From a virus, in the IMG/VR virus record IMGVR_UViG_3300037993_001242, positions 32,001-96,000 of that record: a DNA stretch of 64,000 nt; one strand, given 5' to 3'. The stretch's first letter is position 1. Each line of letters opens with the position of its first letter. Both the position numbers and the translations under genes were made by a program. The notes beneath the pieces are model-generated. The model was not told the origin of the DNA. It saw only the letters and a list, made by a program, of their open reading frames with translations, and searched no databases. This document shows positions 10,198 to 19,850 of this stretch, piece after piece.

Positions 10198-10551
10198 ATG
10201 CGCGCAAAACAACTCGTAGACATCCTGCTGGAGGACAAAAAAGTCATCGCCGTTGATCTGGACGGCACATTAGCCCGCCGCCTGCCCGGCAAGTTTGACC
10301 GGGAAAAGATCGGCAAACCGGTTCCAGAAATGGTGCGGAAAATCCGGCGGGCATTGGAAAGCGGCCACGAAGTCATCATCTTTACCGCTCGCGCAGCGGA
10401 GCCGATCAACATTCGTCCTATCAAGGCGTGGCTGAAGGAGCACGATCTTCCCGATCTGAAGATAACCCACGAAAAGACGCCCGACATCGACGAATTCTGG
10501 GACGACAAGGCCAAGGGCGTGGAGCAAAACAAAGGAACGTTCAAACACTGA
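10198..10551 (+). CDS. HAD-superfamily phosphatase with N-terminal LLE motif
   Basis: DLDGT motif I, IFTAR motif II, WDDK; starts MRAKQLVDILLED. Confidence 0.8.
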   Translation: MRAKQLVDILLEDKKVIAVDLDGTLARRLPGKFDREKIGKPVPEMVRKIRRALESGHEVIIFTARAAEPINIRPIKAWLKEHDLPDLKITHEKTPDIDEFWDDKAKGVEQNKGTFKH

Positions 10552-10668
10552 TGGTCGAGTCACGCATACCGCAAAAAAGCTATCCGTTGTCCTACCTGTG
10601 GAACCATATCCACATGAAGCCCCTTGCGGTCTCCAAAGCCAAAAAGCGGAAGACCGTCCTCCTCAAAA

Positions 10669-10974
10669 CTAATTGCGCCGATCCCGGATGAAATTCTGCG
10701 CAAACTTTTCGTTTTCCTGCTGTTCGTGCTCCGCTTCCTGTTCGGCGGTTTGGCCGATCCAGTAGGGTACGGCATAAGCCAGAAAATCGGGATCAAAACC
10801 TTTGGCCTCAAGCTGCTGGCGAAATTGCCCGTAATAGTCCTTGAGCATCTTGGTCTTTTCAATATCGGAAACAGGTCGCTGCATAATCTGGAGCGTCTGG
10901 GTGATCTGATCCTGATCAAGGATGCTTCCCAACGGCACCGTCTTCCAGCCTTTTGGCAATTTAGGTTTGGCCAT
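10669..10974 (-). CDS. Hypothetical protein
   Basis: 101-aa ORF immediately downstream of the neck gene. Confidence 0.6.
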   Translation of the reverse strand: MAKPKLPKGWKTVPLGSILDQDQITQTLQIMQRPVSDIEKTKMLKDYYGQFRQQLEAKGFDPDFLAYAVPYWIGQTAEQEAEHEQQENEKFAQNFIRDRRN

Positions 10975-10975
10975 A

Positions 10976-11740
10976 TTATTCGTCCAGCATGGCAGGAGCC
11001 ATCCGGCCCATACCTTTGAGCAGTTCCATCAATTTGTCCAGTTCCTGTTGTGCCGAATCCCGCCGCCCGGTGTCAAGCTGTAAATTTTGAAGGGGGCCGG
11101 GAATGGCTCCGCTGAACTTCATCCAGATGTCGGCCAGCTTGAACCGCGACAGCGCCAACGAGTAGCGTTTTACCCAATCCGCCCCGGTCGCGGTAAGCTG
11201 TTCTGTCCGGGTATGCGGCCAATAGGCAAATATACCGGCTTGATAACGCTCGATGGGATTGTGGATGTACAGTGCCTGCTCCATTTCATCATAAAACCAG
11301 TCGGGCCGAATACTGGTCACTCGCTGCCACGTCTTGCGCCAGCGTAGGAAGATGTCGTATTCATCGAGACCCAGCCGGAACAGCGGAGCCGGGTTGATCA
11401 GGTTGCCATAAAAGATTTCCGTCGGCACCGGGTTGGGTTCAACAAACTGGACGTTGGCAACACCCAGTCCTACATCAACGCCTTGGAGATATTTGAACTG
11501 ACCCCGGACGAGGATGATGTTGCCAACTTTGATCTTGGGAACCCACTGAGAATACAACGACATCGAATCCTGAATGGCATCCAGAATCTGCTGGTTGGTA
11601 AGCTCAACATTCCACACCGGCCCGCCCAAACTGCGGATGATGTAATTTTTTAACTGGTCAACCGTATAGCCACGAAGGGGCAGCGTATCCGGGCTGTCCT
11701 GACTGGTTTTGACTGGTTCACTGGCATTGCTTGTGGCCAT
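10976..11740 (-). CDS. Neck/head-completion protein, T4 gp13-like
   Basis: LKNYIIRSLGGPVWNVELTNQQILDAIQDSMSLY and WVKRYSLAL...KFSG..PG match the gp13 pattern. Confidence 0.8.
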   Translation of the reverse strand: MATSNASEPVKTSQDSPDTLPLRGYTVDQLKNYIIRSLGGPVWNVELTNQQILDAIQDSMSLYSQWVPKIKVGNIILVRGQFKYLQGVDVGLGVANVQFVEPNPVPTEIFYGNLINPAPLFRLGLDEYDIFLRWRKTWQRVTSIRPDWFYDEMEQALYIHNPIERYQAGIFAYWPHTRTEQLTATGADWVKRYSLALSRFKLADIWMKFSGAIPGPLQNLQLDTGRRDSAQQELDKLMELLKGMGRMAPAMLDE

Positions 11741-11752
11741 GCCCTAACTACT

Positions 11753-12784
11753 TCAGGTTGTCAGCGGGTATGGAGCCATGATGGCGTCGACCTGATCAGG
11801 ATGCTTTGATTCCGCGTGCTGTTTAAGCTGTGACCGGAATTTGCGTTCAATGTGGCAGATCGAGCACACAAATGGCTGATCAGTCTCTGGCGCGGGAGCC
11901 GCTTCATCCGGCGGAACCGGCGGCGTTTCATCCGTGGGCACCGGGGGCAGACTTCCACCTTCTGGCACTTCGTCCAGTTCCGGTTCCGGCAGGGGCACCA
12001 CTTCCGCAACAACCGCAACTTCAGGTAGCGGGGCGGATTCGGTTATGGCCGCCGGTTTGCCCGCCACCACCGGCGCGTTGGGGGGAGCCGTGCGCACGAT
12101 GGTATTCATAAAGCCTGTCTCGCTGTCGAGTTGAGCGTTGGTGGTCTCGGCCTTTTTGAGTTGCGCCAGCAATGGTTGTCGCTGGGTCGCAATCTCCGAC
12201 GGCATCTGGAGTAATTCTTTGGGCAAGTCGGCGGGACGCTTGGTCATCGAGGAATCGATGGCATACTTGATCATTGGCACGTCCGACAAGCGCGGCGGTG
12301 TTCCATCTGTATCCGTCACGCCGTAATTCTCCGGCACTTCCCTCGGCTTCTTGATCAAACCGGCGCGCCGCGCCTCGTCCATGGACATAGCAACGACCGA
12401 GGGCTTATTGATCGCCTGTTCCGGTATGTCTCTCGGCTTGGGCATCACCGGCTGACGGACACCGTGTTTGTCCTGCGTAAATTCCGTCACGGCGTGTACG
12501 GACAAGCCATCGCTTCGAGGAGCCACGTTCATGGTGGCCACGGGCACCCGGATCACGGGTACTGGTTTATCGGACATTTCCCGATGCAGTTGCTTGTTGT
12601 TGGCGTAAAGCTCGAAGAACGGGTCATTGATTTTTCGTCCTTGCCGGTCGAGGACATATTCGCCGGGCTGCAAAAAAAGCGTGATGCTCAATTTGGAAAT
12701 CACCAATTGCATGGGCCATTTATTGCCGTTGTAATATCCGACGACGTTGGTCGTGGGCACGGTTGCGGGCACAGTTTTGCTCAT
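11753..12784 (-). CDS. Hypothetical protein with C-terminal C2H2 zinc finger
   Basis: CSICHIERKFRSQLKQHAESKH; Pro-rich linker; start refined to MSKTVP. Confidence 0.7.
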   Translation of the reverse strand: MSKTVPATVPTTNVVGYYNGNKWPMQLVISKLSITLFLQPGEYVLDRQGRKINDPFFELYANNKQLHREMSDKPVPVIRVPVATMNVAPRSDGLSVHAVTEFTQDKHGVRQPVMPKPRDIPEQAINKPSVVAMSMDEARRAGLIKKPREVPENYGVTDTDGTPPRLSDVPMIKYAIDSSMTKRPADLPKELLQMPSEIATQRQPLLAQLKKAETTNAQLDSETGFMNTIVRTAPPNAPVVAGKPAAITESAPLPEVAVVAEVVPLPEPELDEVPEGGSLPPVPTDETPPVPPDEAAPAPETDQPFVCSICHIERKFRSQLKQHAESKHPDQVDAIMAPYPLTT

Positions 12785-12922
12785 GCTTTTTAAGAACGTA
12801 TTTTCGCAGGAGCAAATTGAAAAAATAAAACGGCGGTCGTTCCAACTACGACCGCCGTTAATCAGACTAACCACCAAACCCTCTATGAAACACTTAAACG
12901 GTAAGCCTGCCCTACCAAATCG

Positions 12923-13504
12923 TCAAGACCATTTCCGCGTGAACCACGCCAGCGTTGTCCGTTTCCGCGTTCCGCCCATGGGATAATAATGCGTCGGATA
13001 ACGGTTGTCTTTCAAAACAATGCCTTCATACATCGGGAGATTTCTGGCCCCGCGCAGCAGCCACGCTCTGGTCGGTTTGGGGAACATCCAGCGATGCTGG
13101 ATGAACCTGACCATCTGGAACGCCATGACCTCCCGCTCGTCCACCGACCGATACAACATAGATTTTCCGTCAAGGGCCAACAGGTCAAAAGGGTGAAATT
13201 CTTCTTCGTACACCACGCCGTCAAAAACCGTCCGGTTGGGCAATTTCAGAAAATCGTGCGTATGCTGGAGCGGCTTTTTGTACCACTTGCCAAAGCCATC
13301 CTGAACGTAGAGCCTCTTGTCGACGACCGCCAGACAGGCCCGTTCCCCGGCCAGCAGAGGCTGGGCGCACCACAAGCCCGGTTTGCTGATTTCTTGGTAT
13401 AAGTCCTCGATCAGACGCACAGCCCGCAGCGTGCGGCCCGTAGCGGGGCGCACCGGCTGAAAAGGAAACACCACGCCCGAAACGATGACAATCTTTTCCT
13501 GCAT
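12923..13504 (-). CDS. ATP-dependent ligase-like nucleotidyltransferase lacking the catalytic Lys
   Basis: FDGVV, FDLLALDG, EGIVLK motifs present; motif I reads QPLLAGER rather than xxKxDGxR. Confidence 0.7.
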   Translation of the reverse strand: MQEKIVIVSGVVFPFQPVRPATGRTLRAVRLIEDLYQEISKPGLWCAQPLLAGERACLAVVDKRLYVQDGFGKWYKKPLQHTHDFLKLPNRTVFDGVVYEEEFHPFDLLALDGKSMLYRSVDEREVMAFQMVRFIQHRWMFPKPTRAWLLRGARNLPMYEGIVLKDNRYPTHYYPMGGTRKRTTLAWFTRKWS

Positions 13505-13549
13505 ACACCCAAAATGTATACCGAAAACACCACTTGTCAATAGCAAAAT

Positions 13550-13771
13550 TTAATAGCGCTTGGGGGGCGGTTCCGGGAGCATCGCCACAGGAATTGGTTC
13601 AAAACGAACCACCACTTTGTTGGTCTTCGGATCGACCGCCTTCAAATCCTTCCCCTCCCGGCGCAGGGCCAGCCCGCGACGGCGGCAAAGCCATTTCAAT
13701 TCGTGATCCGAGTAGCGTTTGCTCCGCCGCCACACTCTGGAAAATTCACGATTGGTTAGCCGGTAATCCAT
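13550..13771 (-). CDS. Small basic hypothetical protein
   Basis: MDYRLTNREFSRVW... 73 aa. Confidence 0.45.
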   Translation of the reverse strand: MDYRLTNREFSRVWRRSKRYSDHELKWLCRRRGLALRREGKDLKAVDPKTNKVVVRFEPIPVAMLPEPPPKRY

Positions 13772-13802
13772 GATTTGTAGAACTGTTCCCCGTGGAACAT
13801 TT

Positions 13803-14225
13803 TTAAATGCCGCCTCCAATGTTTTGCTCGCGCTGTTTGAGCGCCCGGTCGGCGTGCTTGTAGTACAGACGCCTGCTCGGCGTGGGCCAGTCACGTTCCC
13901 GCGTGCTGTAGACATCGGTCGCGCCAAAAGACCGGCGGCGCAAATTCCGGTTGGTCGCCAGCGTGTGTGATTTACGGGGATAACCGGGCGGCTCCTCCGC
14001 TGCCGGTTGAAACACGTATTTGCGCCCGCCCTGAACAAACCAGTTAACGCCCAACCGGTGAGCCTCCGCTTTGGTCGTGGGCGGGTTGTTACGCAGTTGG
14101 TATCGTTGATACTGCGGGCTGCCGGGCTTGAAAACTTGGGAATAATCCCAAGGTTCGGCCCCTTCCAACGAATCCAATGAGTCGTCTTCCAGCAACGCGT
14201 CTACGATGTGCTCGGCTCTGGTCAC
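13803..14225 (-). CDS. LLE-motif hypothetical protein
   Basis: Starts MTRAEHIVDALLEDD; GTAATTA 4 nt upstream. Confidence 0.65.
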   Translation of the reverse strand: MTRAEHIVDALLEDDSLDSLEGAEPWDYSQVFKPGSPQYQRYQLRNNPPTTKAEAHRLGVNWFVQGGRKYVFQPAAEEPPGYPRKSHTLATNRNLRRRSFGATDVYSTRERDWPTPSRRLYYKHADRALKQREQNIGGGI

Positions 14226-14367
14226 AATTTAATTACGAAAATTTTCTTGTAAAAATAAAAAATCCAGTTCTGTAGTTACGTCGCGCACAAAGCGCACACC
14301 AGCGGGTGGCCGCCGTCGAGCCGCCCGGCTGAGAAAAACATCGACGAGAATGAAAGACTGAAAGAGC

Positions 14368-15255
14368 ATGAATGAAACAAACTGGAACGACCGCATGGCC
14401 GCTGCCGCTGCGGTATTGGGCCTCACCCCGGCTGTATTCGAGGAGGAATTCAAAAGGTTGACACGCATAACCACCGTCGAAGACATCGACGACGATGACG
14501 TGTTCAAATTTGGAGACTTCCGGGAAATCTACAAGTCACTGCCGGTGCCGGTGCTCCGCAAAGTGTTCAAAGCCCTGCGCGGCGGCAAATCCACCGACAA
14601 ACAAACTCCGGGCGGCGAAGGCACTGATCCCCGGATTCAGGAACTCAAAGCACTGGGCTTCAAAACCCGGCTCGAAGACGCTGATCCGGCGATCCTGCTC
14701 AAGTATTACCTGCCGGACAAACCGGCTGACCCAATCAGCACCGCGCTTAAAAAGCGCTTCGGCGACAAACCGTTGATCGCCTTCAAAGACGACGGCACCG
14801 TGGCGCTGACCGAAACGCTGCAATACCTCGCTGATCTGGAGCAGCATTACCCGGAGCAGGAAACCATCACCGTGGACGGCAAGCTGGCCAAATTGTGGCC
14901 TATCGGAGCCAAACCCGACACAATGGTCGAAGAAGACCCGCTCTTCCCCGGCCAACCGTTGCGGAACGGTTACAGCCTTGTCAACCACCGGAATTGGACA
15001 AAAGTCTCAATGGAAAACCGGCAGATGTGCCGCATCATCCTTGAGCGCGGCGAAATCGATCCCGACAACAAAGAAGCCGTCCTGCGGTTTCTGGAACGGG
15101 CCGAAACCAAAGACGGCCTCAACGCCGCCTACCCGGAAGCGGAACTCGAATTCCGCGAGAAAAAGAAAAAAGACGAACTGCCCAAACTGAAAGTCCAACT
15201 GGGTGCCGCTGGCACCAAGCCGAACAATCCGTTTGGCGTCCGCCGCCAGTACTAA
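14368..15255 (+). CDS. Hypothetical protein
   Basis: 295-aa ORF with natural composition. Confidence 0.75.
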   Translation: MNETNWNDRMAAAAAVLGLTPAVFEEEFKRLTRITTVEDIDDDDVFKFGDFREIYKSLPVPVLRKVFKALRGGKSTDKQTPGGEGTDPRIQELKALGFKTRLEDADPAILLKYYLPDKPADPISTALKKRFGDKPLIAFKDDGTVALTETLQYLADLEQHYPEQETITVDGKLAKLWPIGAKPDTMVEEDPLFPGQPLRNGYSLVNHRNWTKVSMENRQMCRIILERGEIDPDNKEAVLRFLERAETKDGLNAAYPEAELEFREKKKKDELPKLKVQLGAAGTKPNNPFGVRRQY

Positions 15256-15298
15256 CCAATCAACCGGAGGAGCGCGGCAACGCGCTCCCCTTTTGCCC

Positions 15299-16552
15299 AT
15301 GAATTATTTCGATACAACCGTAAATTCAACGGATTATCTGATGACCATCAACGGGTTGTCCGTTGGCCTGAATCTGCCCGAAGCCCTGCATTCCAAGGGC
15401 GAAGGCGAAGAGGAATTGACCCATGGTCTGCCGCCCTACCGACCACGCCGGGCGTATCTGGTCGACGAGTATCCGGCCTGCCCGGACAGTTGGCTGCGCA
15501 GCAGCGGGCGCATCAAAAGCTACTTCGTGCCCATCATGGCCGATACGGGCCTGTGGCTGGATTTTAACGCCTGCTCGCGCCACGCCAACCACACGGCCAT
15601 TGTCATCTCGGTGCAGGGCATCAATGCCGTAACTGGATTGCCTTGCAAAGATGCCCAACTGGAGCAGTACAAGGATCAATGCCCCAAGCACAAGGAACCG
15701 TTTGGCCCTGACCGTCTGTGCAAGAAGTGCAACTTCAAGTGGCCCAAACAAAATTACCTGTCCAGCACCGGCACTCCGTACGGCGCGCTGTGGTTGGATG
15801 GCTTCCGGGCGGAAGACGGCAAGGTGCGCCAGTACGTGTTTACGGAACAAAAACTACGCAGCGTGGCCAAGGCCATCATTGGCGAGGATCGCGTCTTTGC
15901 GCTGGGGATCAGCTACTTCCTGTCAAAGGAACCACGCCCGGTCACTGCTCCCAGCGTCACACGCGGCTACCACGGCATAAAAATGAACTACCTCGCAGGG
16001 GGTGATGAAATTGGGGCAATTGAAGGTGATACTAGCATTGAGGCTGATACTTGCAGTTTTGGCGATATGCCACTCAACTCCGATACCTCGGTCAACACGG
16101 CAGACATGTCGTCCGTCCATGTATACAACATGTCAATGGGCACACCAACCGCCTCGCTGGGGTCGAGTGGTTCCAAGGGAATGAGCGCCGGTAAACTGTA
16201 CTCTGGAAGTTTGAATGCAAACACGAGGAAGTATTCCGGCGGCACACTTGCCAAAAAGCATTTCTTGTCCGCAATGCCCAAAAGCTCATCGCTCGATGCG
16301 CCAGTAACCACAGCGGCTTTTCACAAACTCGCAGCGGTAAAACAAATGGAAATCGCCGCCGGGGCGCGCATTGACCAGCAAGTGCATGACGATCCAAACG
16401 ATCTGGAATTCTGGCAGAAGGAACCGGAGGGATTAATCGTGATCAACTACTGCACCCAGTCCGAGGCAATGAAGATCATCCGGGCGGGCAAGGTCGACGT
16501 GTCCGGCAGCAAGGAAGGCTTCTTGCAAAACGTACCCAAGGGCAACCCCTAA
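15299..16552 (+). CDS. Hypothetical protein with Cys-rich segment
   Basis: GLWLDF...IVISVQGINAVTG, CPKH...CKKC; start refined to MNYFDT. Confidence 0.75.
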   Translation: MNYFDTTVNSTDYLMTINGLSVGLNLPEALHSKGEGEEELTHGLPPYRPRRAYLVDEYPACPDSWLRSSGRIKSYFVPIMADTGLWLDFNACSRHANHTAIVISVQGINAVTGLPCKDAQLEQYKDQCPKHKEPFGPDRLCKKCNFKWPKQNYLSSTGTPYGALWLDGFRAEDGKVRQYVFTEQKLRSVAKAIIGEDRVFALGISYFLSKEPRPVTAPSVTRGYHGIKMNYLAGGDEIGAIEGDTSIEADTCSFGDMPLNSDTSVNTADMSSVHVYNMSMGTPTASLGSSGSKGMSAGKLYSGSLNANTRKYSGGTLAKKHFLSAMPKSSSLDAPVTTAAFHKLAAVKQMEIAAGARIDQQVHDDPNDLEFWQKEPEGLIVINYCTQSEAMKIIRAGKVDVSGSKEGFLQNVPKGNP

Positions 16553-16558
16553 GCGGTC

Positions 16559-17095
16559 GTGAATGTCCGCTTCGTCTCAGCCGACAGCCGCAAGGAAATC
16601 CAAGCGGCTGTCGGTTTTTTGGCCAAACAATCCTTGGGTTATCCCCGATACAATGACTGGGTGGGCCGGGCGGAAGCGGAACTTCATACCGGGTACAAGC
16701 GCGCCATACTGGCGTTCAGCGAAGACTGTCTGGTGGGTAATCTGGTCTGGCAGCCGCACAAAGCCATTCAAGGTGCGGTGGAGTGGAAGAACCTGCGGGT
16801 GCATCCCGCCGTCAAACGGCGGCTCTTTGGGAGATTCATTATCCGGCAGGCTGAAGAAATTTGTGGTTTTCCGGCGGCCATCTGTGACGTGCGCTCGGAT
16901 CAAAAAGATACCATCCAGTTCCTGCTGGTTTGTGGCTACACCATCGCCGCGACATTGCCGCTTTATGATTCGGAAAAACCGGACACGGTCATGGTGAAGT
17001 GGCTACGGCCATCAACTCAGGATTTGAAAACCGCTTTTACCTCCGCCGCTTCAAAGTCGTTATTTGACGCCAAGTACTCGATCCGTCGAGATTGA
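16559..17095 (+). CDS. GNAT-family acetyltransferase
   Basis: WKNLRVHPAVKRRLFGRFII (motif A), TIQFLLVCGY (motif B). Confidence 0.75.
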   Translation: MNVRFVSADSRKEIQAAVGFLAKQSLGYPRYNDWVGRAEAELHTGYKRAILAFSEDCLVGNLVWQPHKAIQGAVEWKNLRVHPAVKRRLFGRFIIRQAEEICGFPAAICDVRSDQKDTIQFLLVCGYTIAATLPLYDSEKPDTVMVKWLRPSTQDLKTAFTSAASKSLFDAKYSIRRD

Positions 17096-17340
17096 CGACG
17101 TTCCGCCCGGTGCGTCCATACCTTAGTAAAGCGTCCCGGTGAGGAGCCACATATATTGCCGGGCCGCCGCGTCCAGTATTCGTAGCCCGCTGCTTTCGTC
17201 TTTTTGATCGTTTTGGACATCGGGACGTGGTGCTTCAGCAACATCACCCTCTAAACCCAAATAGTGATTCGGGTGGCAAAACTCACAACTGCATGGATGT
17301 TGTTCGATAACGGCTTCCATGCCGCAAACCTAAACCATGT

Positions 17341-17377
17341 TGTAGACGCCTACAAGTAAAATTTGTAGGCGTCTACA
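17341..17377. terminator. Perfect 15-bp inverted repeat, probable terminator
   Basis: TGTAGACGCCTACAA-gtaaaat-TTGTAGGCGTCTACA just downstream of the HNH gene. Confidence 0.7.
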
Positions 17378-17382
17378 CGTAA

Positions 17383-17946
17383 TCAGCCCCGGCCAAAAAG
17401 GAACGGCTTCCAGTCCTCGTGCAGCGGACGAATCCGCGTGCAGGCCGGAACCGACTTCGGGCGAAACGGCTGCCGCCGGAGCTTCAGGCCCGCCTCCTGC
17501 GGCGTCTTGTTGCCCTTCCGGTGGTTCAAGTCCTTCCGACTCCAAGAAACGTTGTCCCACGCGTTCCGGCCACCCCGGCTGCGGGGAATGACGTGATCGA
17601 TGGTACCGTCGGGCGCGTATTCGCCCGTGTACTGGCAAATGAAACCGTCCCGTTCGCCGACGCCCCGCCGGTTGAACTTGGGCACCCGCTTGGGCATCTG
17701 GGCGTAGCTGGACTTGCAAATGACCGTGGGCACCCGGATGGGGCCATGGATCGTCCGCAGGAACCGGTCGCCATCGCGAATGGGCAGCACGGCCCACTCC
17801 GACCACGGCACGGCGCGCATCTCGCCCATCTCAATGCCCGTGGCGACGCCGCGCACCATGTCGCACATGGCCGTCTGGACGTTCGTCTCGTCAATGGCCT
17901 GCCACAGCCGGTTGACCACAAGCACTTTTTGTTTCAGCAGTTTCAT
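17383..17946 (-). CDS. HNH endonuclease, McrA/HNH_5-like
   Basis: VLVVN..WQAI, RDGFICQYTG, TIDHVIPRSRGGRNAWDNV...NHRKGNKTP. Confidence 0.9.
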   Translation of the reverse strand: MKLLKQKVLVVNRLWQAIDETNVQTAMCDMVRGVATGIEMGEMRAVPWSEWAVLPIRDGDRFLRTIHGPIRVPTVICKSSYAQMPKRVPKFNRRGVGERDGFICQYTGEYAPDGTIDHVIPRSRGGRNAWDNVSWSRKDLNHRKGNKTPQEAGLKLRRQPFRPKSVPACTRIRPLHEDWKPFLFGRG

Positions 17947-17961
17947 AAAGTAATTAGGTGT

Positions 17962-18354
17962 TTATTCACATTGCTTCTTAAATAACGGTAAATGCTGCCA
18001 TTGGGTTACACCTTCTGGAGTTTCAGCATCATAAAATCGATCCATAAACCGGATAAAGACATGGCCTGATAAAGAATCATTTGGATCACCCGTCAGATTG
18101 CCGGGATCAAGGACTTCAACATCGTCTTGACCTGTTACTGCCTTGTAGCGTCGCCTGACATCTTCGGCCCATTCTTCGCACAAACCACAGTTAACATCGT
18201 AAGCATCAACTGCTCGTCGTGAATCTGGCCGCCCACCGCCAAATAACTTCACGGCGGGGTCGTTTAAAATAGCCGCCGTAGCATCTCGCATGGCTTCCTG
18301 AAAAGCATTTTCATTCATCTCAAGAAGACTGTATACAACTTGTTTAGCGTTCAC
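17962..18354 (-). CDS. LLE-motif hypothetical protein
   Basis: Starts MNAKQVVYSLLEM; GTAATTA upstream. Confidence 0.7.
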   Translation of the reverse strand: MNAKQVVYSLLEMNENAFQEAMRDATAAILNDPAVKLFGGGRPDSRRAVDAYDVNCGLCEEWAEDVRRRYKAVTGQDDVEVLDPGNLTGDPNDSLSGHVFIRFMDRFYDAETPEGVTQWQHLPLFKKQCE

Positions 18355-18369
18355 AAACTAATTACAAAA

Positions 18370-18443
18370 TGGCACCGGTGGCCCGAATCGGACGGGAACT
18401 AAGCAGTCCAAAGCTGCCTGTGCTGCCATTACACCACACCGGT
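18370..18443 (-). tRNA. tRNA-Gln(TTG)
   Basis: Cloverleaf, loop CTTTGGA, CCA encoded; T-loop TCCGATT. Confidence 0.85.
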
Positions 18444-18449
18444 ATAAAT

Positions 18450-18525
18450 TGGTACCTCCGGTGGGGCATGATCCCACAACTCCCGCATTAAAAGTGCGGT
18501 ACTCTACCAATTGAGTTACGGAGGT
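18450..18525 (-). tRNA. tRNA-Lys(TTT)
   Basis: Loop CTTTTAA; T-loop ATCATGC; CCA. Confidence 0.9.
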
Positions 18526-18531
18526 ATGAAA

Positions 18532-18615
18532 TGGTCGGCGCGGGGAGAATTGGACTCCCAAGGCTCACTCCCTCTCAAGGAGGCCGGTCTGCCATTCCCG
18601 GTAAACCACGCGCCG
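18532..18615 (-). tRNA. tRNA-Leu(GAG), atypical D and variable arms
   Basis: Loop TTGAGAG; T-loop TCCAATT; CCA. Confidence 0.8.
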
Positions 18616-18616
18616 T

Positions 18617-18692
18617 TGGTTGGCCCGGTGGGGTACAATCCCACGACCTGACGATTATGAGTCGACTGCTCTATCAACTGAGCTACGGGCCA
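18617..18692 (-). tRNA. tRNA-CAT, probably Ile2
   Basis: Loop CTCATAA; C4/C5 in acceptor stem (TilS determinants); T-loop ATTGTAC. Confidence 0.8.
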
Positions 18693-18858
18693 CTCTTGAA
18701 ATTTTCCAGCCTTTGCGTTTGGCGTACAGGTATACATCGTCGTAGGACTTGCCCACCATCCAATGAATGATCGGGGCCGCTCGCGTGCAAATCAGCAGGC
18801 TGCCTTCAAATTCGGCTCCAGCGCAAAAATAACCGCTGTCGAATTGCAGCATGAACAT
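18655..18858 (-). CDS. Small hypothetical protein
   Basis: FCAGAEF...AAPIIHWMVGK; 3' end overlaps the tRNA. Confidence 0.5.
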   Translation of the reverse strand: MFMLQFDSGYFCAGAEFEGSLLICTRAAPIIHWMVGKSYDDVYLYAKRKGWKISRVARSSVDRAVDS

Positions 18859-18862
18859 AAAA

Positions 18863-18952
18863 TGGCGGAGGGTGCAGGCTTCGATCCTGCGCAGGTGTTA
18901 CCCCGACTTCTGGTTAGCAACCAGATACTTTACCAGACTCAGTCAACCCTCC
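18863..18952 (-). tRNA. tRNA-Ser(GCT)
   Basis: Loop TTGCTAA, long variable arm; T-loop ATCGAAG. Confidence 0.9.
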
Positions 18953-19263
18953 AAATACACTTCAAAACCACGACGCTCACCGTCCTCAACCCAGATGCCG
19001 TTGATGATGATTTCCTTGCCGATATTTTTTTGCGTCACTTTTTCCAGTTCGCCGTCTTCGCTCCCGACGTATTCCCATTTGCCGTGTCCGGCACCGGGCC
19101 ACAACTGCGCTTTATAGCGTCGGGGGCCACGGGTGCGTTCGTCCAGCTTGTCGTTGAAAGTGATGGTGACGCCGCTCGGCAAGTTTTCCGCCGTCTGCAA
19201 AAAGATAATCTCGTCGGGCCGCTTGTTGTTCAGGTCTTTGAATGTGATGGTGTTCATGCTCAT
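18943..19263 (-). CDS. Hypothetical protein
   Basis: MSMNTITF... 106 aa. Confidence 0.5.
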   Translation of the reverse strand: MSMNTITFKDLNNKRPDEIIFLQTAENLPSGVTITFNDKLDERTRGPRRYKAQLWPGAGHGKWEYVGSEDGELEKVTQKNIGKEIIINGIWVEDGERRGFEVYLEG

Positions 19264-19282
19264 GTTCCCAAGAACACGATTT

Positions 19283-19546
19283 TCAAATTTTGAACGGATG
19301 CAGCGGCGCGCCTTGTGCCATGCAATCATGCGCCCAATTTTGCGTATAGTCACAAACCGGACACACCCAACCTTTTTCTGTGGCGATTAAAATCCCGTGA
19401 TCGCCTTCATGATGTTCTTCAGCGTATTTGTGGTGGGCGTCATCGTTGCGGTTGCTACAGGTGAAGGGATGCACCCAGTCACACTGCTGCCACGCATTCA
19501 AACCCTTTACTTGCTGTTTATCCCATGGCGCGTAAATTTTGCCCAT
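19283..19546 (-). CDS. Hypothetical Cys/His-containing protein
   Basis: WQQCDWVHPFTC...GWVCPVCDYTQNWAH. Confidence 0.65.
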   Translation of the reverse strand: MGKIYAPWDKQQVKGLNAWQQCDWVHPFTCSNRNDDAHHKYAEEHHEGDHGILIATEKGWVCPVCDYTQNWAHDCMAQGAPLHPFKI

Positions 19547-19550
19547 AAGA

Positions 19551-19847
19551 TCATCGGGTTACCCAAAGCCCCATTCGCTCACAATGACGTTCGTTCAACG
19601 GAAACGGCCCCGTCCAGCCAACCTGTTTCAAATCCGAAAGAATATGCTGCCGTGCAGCTTCAGCGGCCTTCGGCCCCCACAGGTGCGCTACTTCGGCGAT
19701 CCCGGCTTCATGATGGCGTTTACGCCGGTGAGCAACGCCGCCACAGCCGGGCAGATCGTGGCAGGCATCCAACCACACGTGGACTTCGCGAAAACCTTGA
19801 CCATACGTGCTGATCGATTCAGCGCAATGTTCTTCCAAAGTTGGCAT
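19551..19847 (-). CDS. Hypothetical His-rich protein
   Basis: EEHC...EVHVWLD...HRRKRHH...AARQHILSD. Confidence 0.65.
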   Translation of the reverse strand: MPTLEEHCAESISTYGQGFREVHVWLDACHDLPGCGGVAHRRKRHHEAGIAEVAHLWGPKAAEAARQHILSDLKQVGWTGPFPLNERHCERMGLWVTR

Positions 19848-19850
19848 AAA

